A stretch of 64,000 bases of DNA from an uncultured Chloroflexia bacterium (GCA_963828165.1 CAWHDR010000001.1:1664001-1728000); one strand, 5' to 3'; counted from the first letter of the stretch, positions 9,653 through 24,072 are shown. Made by a program: numbers and translations. The notes: generated from the sequence alone by a model not told the origin.

Positions 9653-10882
9653 ATGTCTATTCGTCGGACGACGGCGTTCCTGAGCGTCGTCTTCGTGCTT
9701 GCCGCGTGCACCACGGGAGGCGGTGCCACGACGGCCCCGTCAGCGCCCCCGAGTCAGCCGGCCGCCAGCGCGCCGGCCGCCAGCGCGCCGGCCTCGGCCG
9801 CTGCGTGCACCGTGGGCGTGTCCTGGAACAACTTCCAGCAGCCGCGCTGGGCCGCGCACGACGAGCCCGGTATCAAGGAGACGGTCGAGGCAGGCGGTGG
9901 CACCTACATCAGTGCCGACGCCAACCTGAGCACCGAGCAGCAGCTCACGGACGTCACGACCATGCTGTCGCAGGGCGCGAACGTGCTGATCATCCTCGCC
10001 CAGGACACGACCGTCATCGGCCCCGCCGTCCAGGCGGCCAAGGACGCCGGCGTCCCGGTCATCGCCTATGACCGCCTGATCGAGGATCCCGAGGTCCTGT
10101 ACATCACGTTCGACAACGTCGGCGTCGGCAAGGCCGAGGCCGAGGCGATCCTCGGGGAGGTCCCGACCGGCAACTACGTCCTGATCAAGGGCGATCCGGG
10201 GGACCCGAACGCCTCGACCTTCCTGCCCGCGGGCTGGGACGAAGCCGGTCTCAAGACCAAGGTCGATGCCGGCGAGATCACGATCCTCAACGGGCCCGCA
10301 GCGGGTGCCGGAGAGTGGCCGAAGGACTACGGGACCTACACGGATGCGTGGGCGACCGAGACGGCCCAGGCCAACATGGAAGCGATCATCGACAAGGCCG
10401 TCGCCGACGGCACGCCGATCAATGCGGTGCTGGCGGAGAACGACAGCACGGCCCTCGGTGTCGCCGCTGCCCTGACCGGCAAGAACTACGATCCGTACCC
10501 GCCCGTCAGCGGTCAGGACGGCGATCCCGCCAACCTGAACAACGTGGCGAAGGGTCTCCAGTTCGTCGACGTCTGGAAGAACGCCAACGAGCTCGGCAAG
10601 GCCGCCGGTGCAGCCGCCCTGGCCCTTTGCGCCGGTGGCGACATGGCCACCCTGACCCTGCAGGATGGCCTCATCGACCCAACGGTCGCTCCGACCGCTG
10701 GCCTTACCGCCCAGGCGTTCGAGACGCCGGGTGGCAGCAGCGTCAGCTCGTTCATCCTCCAGCCGACCCCGTTGACGGCGGAGAACCTGCAGCTGGCCAT
10801 CGACGGTGGCCAGGTCACCAAGGAGCAGTTGTGCGCCGGCGTCGATGCAGCGGCCGCGACCGCACCGGAAGCCTGCAAGTAA
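9653..10882 (+). CDS. xylF: Xylose ABC transporter substrate-binding lipoprotein
   Basis: Lipobox LAAC, VIAYDRLI, YITFDNVGVG, SGQDGD; AGGAGGAG RBS. Confidence 0.88.
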   Translation: MSIRRTTAFLSVVFVLAACTTGGGATTAPSAPPSQPAASAPAASAPASAAACTVGVSWNNFQQPRWAAHDEPGIKETVEAGGGTYISADANLSTEQQLTDVTTMLSQGANVLIILAQDTTVIGPAVQAAKDAGVPVIAYDRLIEDPEVLYITFDNVGVGKAEAEAILGEVPTGNYVLIKGDPGDPNASTFLPAGWDEAGLKTKVDAGEITILNGPAAGAGEWPKDYGTYTDAWATETAQANMEAIIDKAVADGTPINAVLAENDSTALGVAAALTGKNYDPYPPVSGQDGDPANLNNVAKGLQFVDVWKNANELGKAAGAAALALCAGGDMATLTLQDGLIDPTVAPTAGLTAQAFETPGGSSVSSFILQPTPLTAENLQLAIDGGQVTKEQLCAGVDAAAATAPEACK

Positions 10883-10917
10883 CGCTCGATCGCCCGAGCT
10901 AGTCAGCCTTCGAGAAC

Positions 10918-10944
10918 CTGCGCCCCCGGACCCCGGGGGCGCAG
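10918..10944 (+). terminator. Intercistronic 11-bp hairpin after xylF (mRNA stabiliser/partial terminator)
   Basis: CTGCGCCCCCG-GACCC-CGGGGGCGCAG. Confidence 0.6.
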
Positions 10945-10970
10945 ATCTTCACCGGACCAGGAGAGCCGTC

Positions 10971-12296
10971 GTGACGAACGTGGCCGACGCGGCACCCGTT
11001 CCCGGACAGGCCGAGCCGCCCGCGCGTCCATCGATCCGCGGCCTGCTCGCCCAGACGGAGATCGACCTGCGGCTGTTCGGCATGGTGCTCGCCCTGGGGG
11101 TGATCCTGCTGGCCTTCCACGTCGCGAGCGGCGGGAAGCTGATCCAGCCGAACAACATGATCACCCTGGCCGTCCAGGCGTCCGGCATCGCGATCATCGC
11201 GACCGGGATGGTGATGATCATCGTCTCGCGCAACATCGACCTGTCGGTCGGATCCGTCGTTGGCGTCATCGCGATGAGCTATGCCCTGCTCATGACGGAC
11301 TGGTTCCCGAACATCCTCGGGCTCAGTCCCGACACGCCGTTCGTGTGGGCGCTCGCCTTGGCGATCGGCATCGGGATCGGCGCGGCGATCGGGGCGCTCC
11401 AGGGATTCATCATCGCCTACATCGGCGTGCCATCGTTCATCGTCACGCTCGGCGGCCTGCTGACCATCCGGGGCCTCATCTGGTACCAGTCACAGGGGGC
11501 GGCGGTGAACGGGCTCGATCCGACCTTCCTGCTGATCGGCGGGGGGGCACAGGGGTCGATCGGCGAAGTCCTGACCTGGGGGCTCGCCCTTGTCGGTTGT
11601 CTCGCGATCGTCGCGTTGCTCATCAACGGCCGGCGCCAGCGGCGCCGGTACGGGTTCCCGGTCCGGCCGATGTGGGCCGAGATCGCACTGGCCGTTGTCG
11701 GCTGCGTCGCCGTCCTGGGCATCTCGTGGTTCGCGAACAGCAACTTCTGGCCGCAGGGCCTCGCCAACCGGGTCGCCCTGGAGCAAGGCTGGGGGCCGGC
11801 GCCCGCGGGCGGCTGGCGGATCCCGACCGGGTTCCCGCTCCCGATCGTCCTGGTCATCGGGGTCACCCTCGTGATGACCTGGATCGCCACCCGTCGGCGG
11901 TTCGGGCGGTACGTCTACGCCTATGGCGGCAATCCCGACGCCGCTGAGCTGGCCGGCATCAACACCCGACTGACGATCCTCAAGACCTACGTCCTGATGG
12001 GCATGCTGTGCGCCCTGGCTGCCGCGATCGTATCGGCTCGGCTCAACGGCTCGACCCTCGACATCGGCCAGAGCTACGAGCTGTACGTCATCGCGGCGGC
12101 GGTCGTCGGCGGCACCTCCTTCGCGGGCGGCATCGGGACGATCCCGGGCGCCGTGCTCGGCGCCTTCGTCATGCAGTCGCTGGCCTACGGCTTGAGCTTC
12201 ATCGGCGTCAATTCCCCCGGCCAGAATGTCGTCGCCGGCCTCGTCCTGATCGTCGCTGTCGGCCTCGACACGATCAACCGTCGACGGGCCCGCTGA
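10971..12296 (+). CDS. xylH: Xylose ABC transporter permease
   Basis: [45 protein letters not shown]; GTG after AGGAGAG. Confidence 0.9.
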   Translation: MTNVADAAPVPGQAEPPARPSIRGLLAQTEIDLRLFGMVLALGVILLAFHVASGGKLIQPNNMITLAVQASGIAIIATGMVMIIVSRNIDLSVGSVVGVIAMSYALLMTDWFPNILGLSPDTPFVWALALAIGIGIGAAIGALQGFIIAYIGVPSFIVTLGGLLTIRGLIWYQSQGAAVNGLDPTFLLIGGGAQGSIGEVLTWGLALVGCLAIVALLINGRRQRRRYGFPVRPMWAEIALAVVGCVAVLGISWFANSNFWPQGLANRVALEQGWGPAPAGGWRIPTGFPLPIVLVIGVTLVMTWIATRRRFGRYVYAYGGNPDAAELAGINTRLTILKTYVLMGMLCALAAAIVSARLNGSTLDIGQSYELYVIAAAVVGGTSFAGGIGTIPGAVLGAFVMQSLAYGLSFIGVNSPGQNVVAGLVLIVAVGLDTINRRRAR

Positions 12297-12316
12297 GCGG
12301 TGAGGAGGGCTGTCGG

Positions 12317-13111
<795 letters not shown>

Positions 13112-13141
13112 GCGGCGGACGACTCAGGGTAGCCCGAGGCG

Positions 13142-14629
13142 TCAGCCGATCCGGTGGAACGTCGGCGCGAGGGCTGGGTACAGGTCGCGGTACAGCGCGT
13201 GCGCCTCGGCATAACGGTCGGCATCGACGCCCGGTGTGGCAGCCGGTGTGGCGCGGACCCACGCGTCGCCAGCCCCTTCGACCGACGTGAACCAGCCGCC
13301 GCCGACTGCGGCCAGGACGCCCGCGCCATAGGCCGCGCCCTCGGTCGTGCTGACCGTTGCGATCTCGGCTCGGAGCACGTCGGCGAGGATCTGACGCCAG
13401 AGCGGACTCGCCGTCCCACCACCTGAGGCCCGGACCTGATCCGGGGCCGGCATCCCGGCGGCGATCATCTGGTCCAGCCCGTCGCGTAGCCCGAACGCGA
13501 CGCCCTCCAGCACGGCTCGCGTCAGGTGGCGCCGGTCGTGACCGGCGGTCAGCCCGACGAACGCACCACGAGCCAGCGGGTCGGAGTGGGGGCTGCGCTC
13601 ACCGGTCAGGTAGGGCAGGAAGAACAGGCCGTCCGCGCCGGGGGGCACGCTCCCCGCGGCGGCCGTCAGTCGCTCGAAGGTCTCGCCGGGCGCCAGCGCG
13701 TCACGGAACCAGCGCAGGCTGCCGGCGGCCGACAGCATCACCGTCATCATGTGCCACCGGCCGGGCACCGCGTGGCAGAACGCGTGGACCCCCCCGGCCG
13801 GGTCGTGCAGCGGCGTCTCCGTCGTCGCGAACACGACCCCCGACGTCCCGAGCGACAACGCCACGACCGCCGGCACGACCGCGCCGACACCGACGGCGTT
13901 CGCCGCCTGATCGCCGGCCCCGGCGACGACCGGCGTACCGGCACGCAATCCGCTCGCCGTGGCGGCGGCCGCGGAGACGACCCCCGTGACCGTGGGGCCC
14001 TCGTACGTCGGCGGCAGCCACGCGGCGTCGATCCGAAGCGCCGCGAGCACCTCGGACGACCAGTCCCGCGTCGCGAGATCGAACAGCAGCGTCCCCGAGC
14101 CGTCCGCCTTGTCGATGGCATATTCGCCGGTCAACCGGAACCGGACGTAGTCCTTGGGCAGCAGCACGTGCCGCACGCGGGCCCAGACGTCCGGCTCGTG
14201 GTCCCGGACCCAGACGAGCTTGGGGGCCGTGAACCCGGTGAGCGCGTCGTTGCCCGTGATGGTGATGAGGCGCTCTGGCCCCACCGCCCGGCGGATCTCG
14301 TCGCACGCGTCGGCCGTTCGCTGATCGTTCCACAGGATCGCCGGCCGGAGCACGGCCCCGGCCGAGTCGAGCAACACCGCACCGTGCATCTGTCCGGTCA
14401 ATCCGACCGCGGCCACGTCGTCGCCAGCGATCCTGGCTTCTGCCAGGGCCGATCGGATGGCCGCCACGGTCCCATCCCACCACAGTCCGGGGTCCTGCTC
14501 ACTCCAGCGAGGTTGCGGGATCTCGTAGCCGTACTCGGACACCCCGACTGCGACGACGGCACCCGCCTGGTCGATGACGACCGCCTTCGTCGCGGTCGTC
14601 GAGATGTCGAGTCCGATGACGAACGCCAT
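13142..14629 (-). CDS. xylB: Xylulokinase
   Basis: IGLDISTTATK, GLTGQMHG, ILWNDQR, PYLTGERSP. Confidence 0.95.
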   Translation of the reverse strand: MAFVIGLDISTTATKAVVIDQAGAVVAVGVSEYGYEIPQPRWSEQDPGLWWDGTVAAIRSALAEARIAGDDVAAVGLTGQMHGAVLLDSAGAVLRPAILWNDQRTADACDEIRRAVGPERLITITGNDALTGFTAPKLVWVRDHEPDVWARVRHVLLPKDYVRFRLTGEYAIDKADGSGTLLFDLATRDWSSEVLAALRIDAAWLPPTYEGPTVTGVVSAAAATASGLRAGTPVVAGAGDQAANAVGVGAVVPAVVALSLGTSGVVFATTETPLHDPAGGVHAFCHAVPGRWHMMTVMLSAAGSLRWFRDALAPGETFERLTAAAGSVPPGADGLFFLPYLTGERSPHSDPLARGAFVGLTAGHDRRHLTRAVLEGVAFGLRDGLDQMIAAGMPAPDQVRASGGGTASPLWRQILADVLRAEIATVSTTEGAAYGAGVLAAVGGGWFTSVEGAGDAWVRATPAATPGVDADRYAEAHALYRDLYPALAPTFHRIG

Positions 14630-14634
14630 CGATC

Positions 14635-15972
14635 TCAGCGGTCGGCCGACCAGATCGCCCGATTGACCACGTTCTCGAGCGCCTCCTGGCTGCCGGATGT
14701 GCGACGTGGCGCGCTGGACACGTCGGCTACGCGCGCCTCGAGGTCCGCGAGGCTCAGGGTGCCGCCGAGGATCGCGGTCCCCAACTCGCCGTCCCAGCCC
14801 GAATAGCGCTGGTCCTTGCGCTCCGCGAGCTCTCCGGTCTCGATGAGGTCTGCGGCGATGAGCAGAGCCCGCGCGAGCGTGTCAAGGCCGCCGATGTGGG
14901 CGTGGAACAGGTCCGTGCGATCGATGCTCTGGCGGCGCAGCTTCGCATCGAAATTGAAGCCTCCCGGCGCGATCCCCCCGGCGCGGAGGATCTCGTAGAT
15001 CGGCAGGACGAGGTCTTCGACCGAGTTCGGGAACTGGTCGGTGTCCCAGCCGTTCTGGGGATCGCCGCGGTTGGCATCGATGCTGCCGAGGATGTCCAGT
15101 GCGGCCGCGAGGGCGACCTCGTGATGAAAGCTGTGGCCGGCGAGCGTGGCGTGGTTGGCCTCGATGTTGACCTTGTATTCGCCGTCGAGGCCGTGGCGGA
15201 CGAGGAAGCCATGGACGGTCGCGACGTCGTAGTCGTACTGATGCTTGGTGGGTTCCATCGGCTTGGGCTCGATGAGGAGCTGGCCGCCGAAGCCGATCCG
15301 ATGCTTGTGCTCGGCGACGAGGTGCAGGAATTGGGCGAACTGATCCCCCTCGCGCCGGAGGTCGGTGTTCAGCAGGGTGTCGTAGCCCTCGCGGCCGCCC
15401 CATAGCACGTAGTTCTCGCCGCCGAGCCGCTGGGTGACCTCGAGCATGTGCTTGACCTGTGCCGCGGCGAACGCGAACACCTCGGGATCCGGGTTCGTGG
15501 CCGCGCCAGCCTGGTAGCGCGGGTGGGTGAACAGGTTCGCCGTCCCCCACAGCAATCGAACGCCGGTCTGCTCCTGGTACGCGGCGGCATCGTCGGTCAG
15601 GGCATCGAGGTTCGCGCGAAAGGACGAGAACGTGTCGCCCTCGGGCGCCACGTCGCGATCGTGGAAGCAGTAGTAGGGCGTGCCGAGCTTCGTGAAGAAC
15701 TCGAACGCGACGGCCATCTTCCGACGTGCCGCCTCCATCTCGTCACCCGAGTCGCTGAGCCATGGCCGGTCGAGCGTCCCGACGCCGAACATGTCGACCC
15801 CAGGCCAGGCGAACGAGTGCCAGAAGCACACGCCGGGCCGGAGGTGGTCCTCCATCCGCGTTCCCAGGACGAGGCGGTCCGGCTCATAGACCTTGAAGGC
15901 GAGCGGTTCGGTCGATCCGAGTCCCTCGAATCGGATGGGTGCCGACACCTCGCCGAAGAATGGTTCCGCCAC
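14635..15972 (-). CDS. xylA: Xylose isomerase (class II)
   Basis: CFWHSF, FHDRD, WGGREGY, IEPKP, NIEANHA, GWDTDQF; GTG 15972 after AGGAGG. Confidence 0.96.
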   Translation of the reverse strand: MAEPFFGEVSAPIRFEGLGSTEPLAFKVYEPDRLVLGTRMEDHLRPGVCFWHSFAWPGVDMFGVGTLDRPWLSDSGDEMEAARRKMAVAFEFFTKLGTPYYCFHDRDVAPEGDTFSSFRANLDALTDDAAAYQEQTGVRLLWGTANLFTHPRYQAGAATNPDPEVFAFAAAQVKHMLEVTQRLGGENYVLWGGREGYDTLLNTDLRREGDQFAQFLHLVAEHKHRIGFGGQLLIEPKPMEPTKHQYDYDVATVHGFLVRHGLDGEYKVNIEANHATLAGHSFHHEVALAAALDILGSIDANRGDPQNGWDTDQFPNSVEDLVLPIYEILRAGGIAPGGFNFDAKLRRQSIDRTDLFHAHIGGLDTLARALLIAADLIETGELAERKDQRYSGWDGELGTAILGGTLSLADLEARVADVSSAPRRTSGSQEALENVVNRAIWSADR

Positions 15973-16045
15973 GCGCGATGCCTCCTGCTGCTGCGTCCGT
16001 CGGCGATCCAGTCCGGCCGGTCCGCGCTCCCGATTCGCAGTCCGC

Positions 16046-16082
16046 AATGTATCACTCGGTATTTGTACGAGCGAAGTACAAA
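16046..16082 (-). promoter_or_regulatory. xylA promoter (extended -10 TGaTACATT) with perfect ROK operator
   Basis: TTTGTAC-GAGCGAA-GTACAAA at 16062-16082 overlapping the -35 zone; -10 at 16051-16046. Confidence 0.75.
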
Positions 16083-16137
16083 CGTTCGCCGTCGGGCTGT
16101 GGCGCCCGGTCGGGAGCCCCGGTGTAGCATCGGCGGC

Positions 16138-17400
16138 GTGAACGACGACGATCCACGACGCGACCAGCACACCCGAGCCCGCGGGTTCTCGACGCGGGCG
16201 ATCCGAGCCGCGTCGCGCACGCCGCGGGTGGACCAGCGCTCATCGAGCGTGCCGATCTACCAGTCCGCGACGTTCACCAGTGCCGATGCGCGGGAGCTGG
16301 GGGACATCACGGCCGATCCGCGCTCCGGGTACTCGTACTCGCGAATCTCCAACCCGACGACCTCGGCGCTTGGCTCCGCCTACGCCGAGCTGGCCTCGGG
16401 CGAGGCCGGCATCGCGTTCGCCTCCGGCATGGGGGCCATCCATGCCGCCCTTGCCTCCCAGCTGAAGGCCGGCGACCGGGTCGTGGCGCCGCTGGCTGTC
16501 TACGGCTCCACGCGGACGCAGCTCATCGAAACCTTCGCGCGATTCGGCGTGCAGGTCGACTTCGTCGATATGACCGACAACGCCGCCGCCGCGGCCGCGA
16601 TCGCCGCGTCGCCGACGCGCGTCGTCTACGCCGAGACGATCGCCAACCCGACCACCGTCGTGACCGACCATGGAACGGTCGCCCGCCTCGCGCATGAGCA
16701 CGGCGCGACCTACATCGTCGACAACACGTTCGCCTCGCCGTACATCTGCCGGCCGTTGGAGCTTGGGGCGGATCTCGTCGTCGAATCGGCGACCAAATTC
16801 CTGTCCGGGCACAGCGACGTGATCGCCGGCGTCGTCGCGGGCCGCGCCGATCTCATGCGGCAGGTCCAGAAGGTCCAGATCGACACCGGGGCGACGATCG
16901 GTCCCTTCGACGCCTTCCTCGTCCTGCGCGGGATCATGACCCTGGCGGTCCGCGTCGAACGCCACGCCCGAACGGCGGCGGCACTCGCGGGCTGGCTCGA
17001 ACGTCAGGACGGCGTGCAACGAGTCCTCTACCCCGGTCTCCCGAGCCACCCGCAGCACGACGCCGCCATGCGCCAGTTCCGGCCGGGCGTCGCGGGCGGG
17101 ATGCTCGCGGTCGAGGTGGCCGGCGGGCGCGAGGCGGGCCGCGCGATCATCGATGCGCTGACGCTGACCGAGCTCACCGCTTCCCTCGGGAGCGTCCACA
17201 CGATGGTCGTCCACCCACCGTCGACGTCCCAGCGCCAGATGTCCGACGCCGAGCTTGCCGACGCCGGCATCACGCCCGGCTTGCTGCGCATCTCGGTCGG
17301 CCTCGAGGACCTCGACGATCTCCAGGACGACTTCGCGGCCGCGTTGGCGGTCGCGCGTGACGTGGCCGGAGCGGTCGAGCAGCCCGCCGTCGGCGTCTAG
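16138..17400 (+). CDS. PLP-dependent trans-sulfuration enzyme (Cys/Met metabolism; MetZ/MetB/Mgl-like)
   Basis: [45 protein letters not shown]. Confidence 0.9.
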   Translation: MNDDDPRRDQHTRARGFSTRAIRAASRTPRVDQRSSSVPIYQSATFTSADARELGDITADPRSGYSYSRISNPTTSALGSAYAELASGEAGIAFASGMGAIHAALASQLKAGDRVVAPLAVYGSTRTQLIETFARFGVQVDFVDMTDNAAAAAAIAASPTRVVYAETIANPTTVVTDHGTVARLAHEHGATYIVDNTFASPYICRPLELGADLVVESATKFLSGHSDVIAGVVAGRADLMRQVQKVQIDTGATIGPFDAFLVLRGIMTLAVRVERHARTAAALAGWLERQDGVQRVLYPGLPSHPQHDAAMRQFRPGVAGGMLAVEVAGGREAGRAIIDALTLTELTASLGSVHTMVVHPPSTSQRQMSDAELADAGITPGLLRISVGLEDLDDLQDDFAAALAVARDVAGAVEQPAVGV

Positions 17401-17412
17401 GGACCTCACATC

Positions 17413-18852
17413 GTGGCGTCTCCGGCCGCTGTTCGCGCGGCCCCCGCCACTGGCTCGCCGACCAACCCGCTGGCCCAGCTCGGGCAGGGTTTGTGGAAAC
17501 TCCTGACCTCCGTCGACTTCGCCGTCGTCCAAATCATCTTCCTGTCGATCCTCGCGGTCATCGGCATGACCCTCCAGCAGCTGCCCGACTTCGCGTTCCG
17601 CTCGCCCGGCGACTACGCCACGGCGATGGACGAGATCCGCGCCCGTTACGACCCGGTCGTCGGCCCGGCAACGGTCGGCGTGCTCGAGCGACTGGGTGCC
17701 TTCGCGATCTTCAAGTCCGCCATCTTCGGGATGGCCCTGGTCGTGCTGGTGGTATCGATCGTCGTCTGCACCCTCGATCGGACGCCTCGGTTGTGGCGGG
17801 ATGTGTCGTCGATCCGCGTCGCCCAGCCGGAACCCTTCTTCGACCCGAGCCTGCCGGATCGCGCGGCGATGTCGGGGGTCGGTGCGTCCGATGTCGCGCG
17901 TGTCGTGCGTGGGCGTGGGTTCCGGGTGCGCGAAGCCACCGACGCGGATGGCACGCGCCACGTCTACGGCGATCGCCACCAGTACACGAAGATGGCGACG
18001 CTGTTCACCCACCTCGGCCTGATCCTGTTCCTCGTCGCGGCGGCGGTGACCTCGCGGTTCGGGGATGAGCAGGGCTTGGTGGTCCCGGAAGGGGAGGCCC
18101 TGACCGTCCAGCCGATCGGCACGCCGGGCCTGCTGCTCGTGAAGAACCTGGGTTTCGAGGCGCCCGGCTTCGAGACCGGCATGCCGTCCGATTTCACGAC
18201 GGACCTGGCCGTGTTCCAGGACGGCCAGGAGATCGCCCGCAAGACGATCCGGGTCAACGACCCGCTCGCCATCGGTGGCTACACGTTCCACCAGAACGGC
18301 TTCGGGCCGGCACCACACCTCGTGATCCGCGACGCCACGGGCAAGCCGCTGTGGGACGCCCAGGTCCCCATGACCGACTCGGCAGCGGGCTCGCCGTACG
18401 TGACGATGGCCGTCCCAGGACGGGACTTCGGCCTGCAGCTGCTCCTGACCCGCGACGACGAGGGCCGGGGCGTCGTTTTGGTCCTCCCGTATCGGATCCT
18501 GGGCGAGGGGACCGACGGCCCGATCGTGCAGAACCTCACGGCCGTGACCCTCCTACGCGGGGACACGCGGGTGTCGGACGAGCTCGGCGTGTCGCTCGAG
18601 CTGACCGACTTCGGCGAGTACACCCTGCTCATCGCCAAGCGCGACCCGGGGCAGGGCATCGTCTGGCTGGCGTTCGCGTCGCTGATCACCGGGATCGCCA
18701 TCACGTTCTATCTGCCGCGGCGGCGCATCTGGGCGCGCATCAAGCCAGATGGTCAGGTCGGCCTCGTCTGGCGCGCGGACCGATACGTCGACGCGGAGCG
18801 TGAGTTCGGACGGCTGCTCGACGACCTCGTGGCGGCGCGACGACGTAGCTGA
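17413..18852 (+). CDS. resB: Cytochrome c biogenesis protein ResB/Ccs1 (system II)
   Basis: N-terminal TMs, conserved THLGLIL His, IRVNDPL, RDPG before last TM, RRIW. Confidence 0.85.
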   Translation: MASPAAVRAAPATGSPTNPLAQLGQGLWKLLTSVDFAVVQIIFLSILAVIGMTLQQLPDFAFRSPGDYATAMDEIRARYDPVVGPATVGVLERLGAFAIFKSAIFGMALVVLVVSIVVCTLDRTPRLWRDVSSIRVAQPEPFFDPSLPDRAAMSGVGASDVARVVRGRGFRVREATDADGTRHVYGDRHQYTKMATLFTHLGLILFLVAAAVTSRFGDEQGLVVPEGEALTVQPIGTPGLLLVKNLGFEAPGFETGMPSDFTTDLAVFQDGQEIARKTIRVNDPLAIGGYTFHQNGFGPAPHLVIRDATGKPLWDAQVPMTDSAAGSPYVTMAVPGRDFGLQLLLTRDDEGRGVVLVLPYRILGEGTDGPIVQNLTAVTLLRGDTRVSDELGVSLELTDFGEYTLLIAKRDPGQGIVWLAFASLITGIAITFYLPRRRIWARIKPDGQVGLVWRADRYVDAEREFGRLLDDLVAARRRS

Positions 18853-18884
18853 CCACCCGGTCAGCGCGTAGCCTTCAGGGACGC

Positions 18885-20378
18885 ATGGCGTCCCTCCACG
18901 ACCTCCACCGCGCGCTCTTTCCGACCGCTCGTCCGCTCGGGGCGATGGACCTCGCGCCCGAACGCGCGGAGCGCGAGGTCGGCTGGGTCCGGGTCCTCAA
19001 AGCCCGCGTGCCCGCGTTCGAGGCGCTCGAGACCGGCGACCTTGCCATCATCCCGGGCGCGGCGCTCGCCGTGGTGGCGCCCAGGCCGGCCCAGGTCGAG
19101 GAGCTCGCCGTCGCCCTGGCCCGTGCCCGCGTGCCGGCTGTCCTGCTCGTGGAGGGCGAGACCGGCAGCGACGTCCTGGCGGCGCTCGGCGAGGCGGTGA
19201 CCACAGCCGGGATCACTGCCCTCCACCTGGGCCGGATGGATCCGGTGGCCCTGGAACGGAGCGTGATCGGGTTCCTCGTCAATCGACGAGCGGAGCTTGA
19301 CCGCCGCGCAGCCGACCTCGAGGCCCAGCTGGCGCGGTTCGCGCTGCTGGGTCACGGCCTGGACATGCAGGCCGCGACCATCGGCTCCTTTCTGGGGCGC
19401 GCGGTCGTCATCGAAGGGCGGCGGGGGGACCCCATATCCGTCCACGCCCCCGCCGACGTCCCGTCCGCGGCTGCCGCCATCGCCCGCTACCTGGCACGGC
19501 CGTCTGGCGGCGCGGCCCTTCGGGTCGACATCCCGGCCCCGGCCGGCGAGCCAGGCGTGGGCGGTCGCCTCGTGCTGCTTGGAGACGAGGCGCCCAACGA
19601 GCTGGAACGGATCGCGGCGGACCGGATCGTGGCCCTGCTCGCCCTCGAGCTGTCGCGCGACGCGGCCGTCCGTCAGGCGCGTGACGAGACCAGGCGCGGC
19701 GAGCCGTTGCCGGCCGATGGCCCGCCCTGGGTGGTCATGCTCGCGAGCCAGCACGCGGCCGACGGCCCCGACGACATCGCGGCCCGCGAGGAGACGCGGG
19801 GCGAGCTGCGGCTGCTGATGTCGCCGCGACGGCTCGCGCTTCGCGGCAGCTCGGAGAGCCTGGAACTGCGCCTCGTGGCGGCCGCTCCGGCGGACGATCC
19901 CGGAGGCCTCGCGACGGCCGGCCGCCTGGCGACGTTCCTCGGCCGCACGGTCGCGGTCTCGCGGCCGTTCGTCGAGCCTGGAGCCCGGCCGGCCGCGGAG
20001 GCCGCCGCCCGCGCGACCCTCGAGGCCGCCGACCTGCTCGTCGCTCCGCCTCCCGTTGTGCGCGCCGCACGGTTGCCGGCCTATCTCCTCATCGGCAACG
20101 TGCGCAACCTGCCCGACGGCGTGCGTCAGGCGCGCGAGCTGCTCGGGCCGATCCTCGTGGGGCGGCCAGAAGTCCAGCACGAGCGGCTGGAAACGCTCCG
20201 TGCGGTCCTCGGGTCGCCGAGCCTCAACGAGGCAGCGACGCGCCTGGGGGTACACCGCAACACGGTCACGTACCGGATCGCGCGACTGGAAACGCTCGCC
20301 GAATGGGATCTCGCCGACCCCGATCTCCGCTTCGCGCTGGAGCTCGCGGTCCGAGTAGTGCAAAACGAACAAATCTGA
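18885..20378 (+). CDS. PucR/CdaR family transcriptional regulator
   Basis: C-terminal AATRLGVHRNTVTYRIARLE HTH; PucR-like N-terminus. Confidence 0.88.
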   Translation: MASLHDLHRALFPTARPLGAMDLAPERAEREVGWVRVLKARVPAFEALETGDLAIIPGAALAVVAPRPAQVEELAVALARARVPAVLLVEGETGSDVLAALGEAVTTAGITALHLGRMDPVALERSVIGFLVNRRAELDRRAADLEAQLARFALLGHGLDMQAATIGSFLGRAVVIEGRRGDPISVHAPADVPSAAAAIARYLARPSGGAALRVDIPAPAGEPGVGGRLVLLGDEAPNELERIAADRIVALLALELSRDAAVRQARDETRRGEPLPADGPPWVVMLASQHAADGPDDIAAREETRGELRLLMSPRRLALRGSSESLELRLVAAAPADDPGGLATAGRLATFLGRTVAVSRPFVEPGARPAAEAAARATLEAADLLVAPPPVVRAARLPAYLLIGNVRNLPDGVRQARELLGPILVGRPEVQHERLETLRAVLGSPSLNEAATRLGVHRNTVTYRIARLETLAEWDLADPDLRFALELAVRVVQNEQI

Positions 20379-20516
20379 GCGCCATCGGGGCGTGTCTCCG
20401 GGGCGTTCGGCGCTGCTATGCTGGTCAATGACGGCGATTTGGGCGCGATTCATGCGCCATGCACAACTTCGTCACCGGATCCCGGCCCCAGACGGACCGA
20501 CGTGCAGGAGATCACA

Positions 20517-22654
<2,138 letters not shown>

Positions 22655-22661
<7 letters not shown>

Positions 22662-22689
22662 GGCTCGCCTCGTACTGAGGCTTCGCCTC
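22655..22689 (+). repeat. Short tandem duplication containing a GAGGC-(T)TC-GCCTC hairpin
   Basis: GTACTGAGGCTCGCCTC followed directly by GTACTGAGGCTTCGCCTC. Confidence 0.7.
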
Positions 22690-22716
22690 GGCTCCGTCCC
22701 AGGAGGCATCGTCCCC

Positions 22717-24072
22717 GTGGCCAGCAGCCCCGAATCCAGCGCCAAGATCGAAGCGGCCCAGGCATCAGGCATCCGCTTCGTCCAGCTCCAGTTCACCGAC
22801 ATCATCGGCCACGTCAAGGCGGTCACGATCCCGATCCACCGGCTCGAGGAGTCGGTCGGGCACGGGACGTGGTTCGACGGCTCATCGATCGAGGGATTTA
22901 CCCGGATCGCCGAGTCCGACCAGTACCTCATGCCCGACATGGAGACGTTCGCGGAGATCCCGTGGCAGCGCGGATCGGGACCGCGCGGGACCGCCCGCGT
23001 CATCTGCGACGTGTTCACGCCCAACGGCGAGCCGTTCGTCGGTGACCCGCGGTTCGTGCTGCGTCGCCAGGTCGAGCGCGCGAAGAACCTGGGGTACGTC
23101 GTCAACTTCGGCCCAGAGCTGGAATTCTTCCTGTTCCGCCGTTCCGAGGACGGCTCGATCGAGCCGCTGCCGCACGACCAAGCGGGCTACTTCGACTTCT
23201 CGACCGACCTCGCCGGGGAGATCCGCCAGGACATGGTGGATGCGCTCGAAGCGTTCGGCATCAAGGTCGAGGCGGCCCACCACGAGGTCGCCGTCGGACA
23301 GCACGAGATCGACTTCGAGTATTCCGATGCGCTGACGACGGCCGACAACGCGGTCACCTTCAAGTTCGCGCTCAAGGCCATCGCCCAGCAGCACGGGCTC
23401 TACGCGACGTTCATGCCCAAGCCGATCCACGGGATCAACGGCTCCGGGATGCATGCCCACCAATCGCTATGGTCGATCGCCGAGGGGCGCAACGCCTTCG
23501 CGGATGCCACGAACCCATACGGGCTGTCCGATGTGGCGCGCTCGTACATGGCCGGGATCCTCGCCCACGCTCGCGGCATGATCGCCGTCCTCGCACCGCT
23601 CGTGAACTCGTACAAGCGCCTCGTGCCGGGCTATGAGGCCCCGACCTACCTGACGTGGGGCCGCACCAACCGGTCCGCCCTCATCCGCGTGCCGATGGTC
23701 TCGCCCGGGCGCTCCGTCGAGGGCACCCGAGCGGAAGTGCGCTGTCCCGACCCCTCGTCGAACACGTACCTGGCGTTCGCGGCGATGATCGCCGCCGGAC
23801 TTGATGGCGTCGCGAAGAACATGGTGCTATCCGACCCGGTGGAAGAGTCCCTGTTCGAGATGGATGCGACACGGATCGCCGAGAAGGGCATCAAGGAGCT
23901 GCCCGGGACCCTGGGCGAGGCCCTCGACGAGCTCGAGCGCGACGACGTCATCCGCGAGGCCCTCGGAGATCACGTGTTCAGCCACTACCTCGAGGCAAAG
24001 CGCGCCGAATGGGACGAGTACCGGACCCAGGTCAGCGACTGGGAGGTCGAGCGCTACCTGGACCAGTACTAG
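22717..24072 (+). CDS. glnA: Glutamine synthetase type I (GSI-alpha-like)
   Basis: FDGSSIEGF, HHEVAVGQHE, FMPKP..NGSGMH, NSYKRLVPGYEAP, NRSALIRVP; GTG after AGGAGG. Confidence 0.92.
   Translation: MASSPESSAKIEAAQASGIRFVQLQFTDIIGHVKAVTIPIHRLEESVGHGTWFDGSSIEGFTRIAESDQYLMPDMETFAEIPWQRGSGPRGTARVICDVFTPNGEPFVGDPRFVLRRQVERAKNLGYVVNFGPELEFFLFRRSEDGSIEPLPHDQAGYFDFSTDLAGEIRQDMVDALEAFGIKVEAAHHEVAVGQHEIDFEYSDALTTADNAVTFKFALKAIAQQHGLYATFMPKPIHGINGSGMHAHQSLWSIAEGRNAFADATNPYGLSDVARSYMAGILAHARGMIAVLAPLVNSYKRLVPGYEAPTYLTWGRTNRSALIRVPMVSPGRSVEGTRAEVRCPDPSSNTYLAFAAMIAAGLDGVAKNMVLSDPVEESLFEMDATRIAEKGIKELPGTLGEALDELERDDVIREALGDHVFSHYLEAKRAEWDEYRTQVSDWEVERYLDQY

Noticed and set aside
9727-9800. GCCAGCGCGCCGGCC repeats in xylF (and Pro-rich repeats near 29880-30030)
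   Set aside because: Ordinary low-complexity lipoprotein linkers
15448-16137. N-terminal extension of the trans-sulfuration enzyme
   Set aside because: Antisense to xylA; the -10 and GTG at 16138 fit better
16084-16137. SAM riboswitch before the Met-pathway gene
   Set aside because: Gene appears leaderless; no room and no SAM-I/IV core sequence
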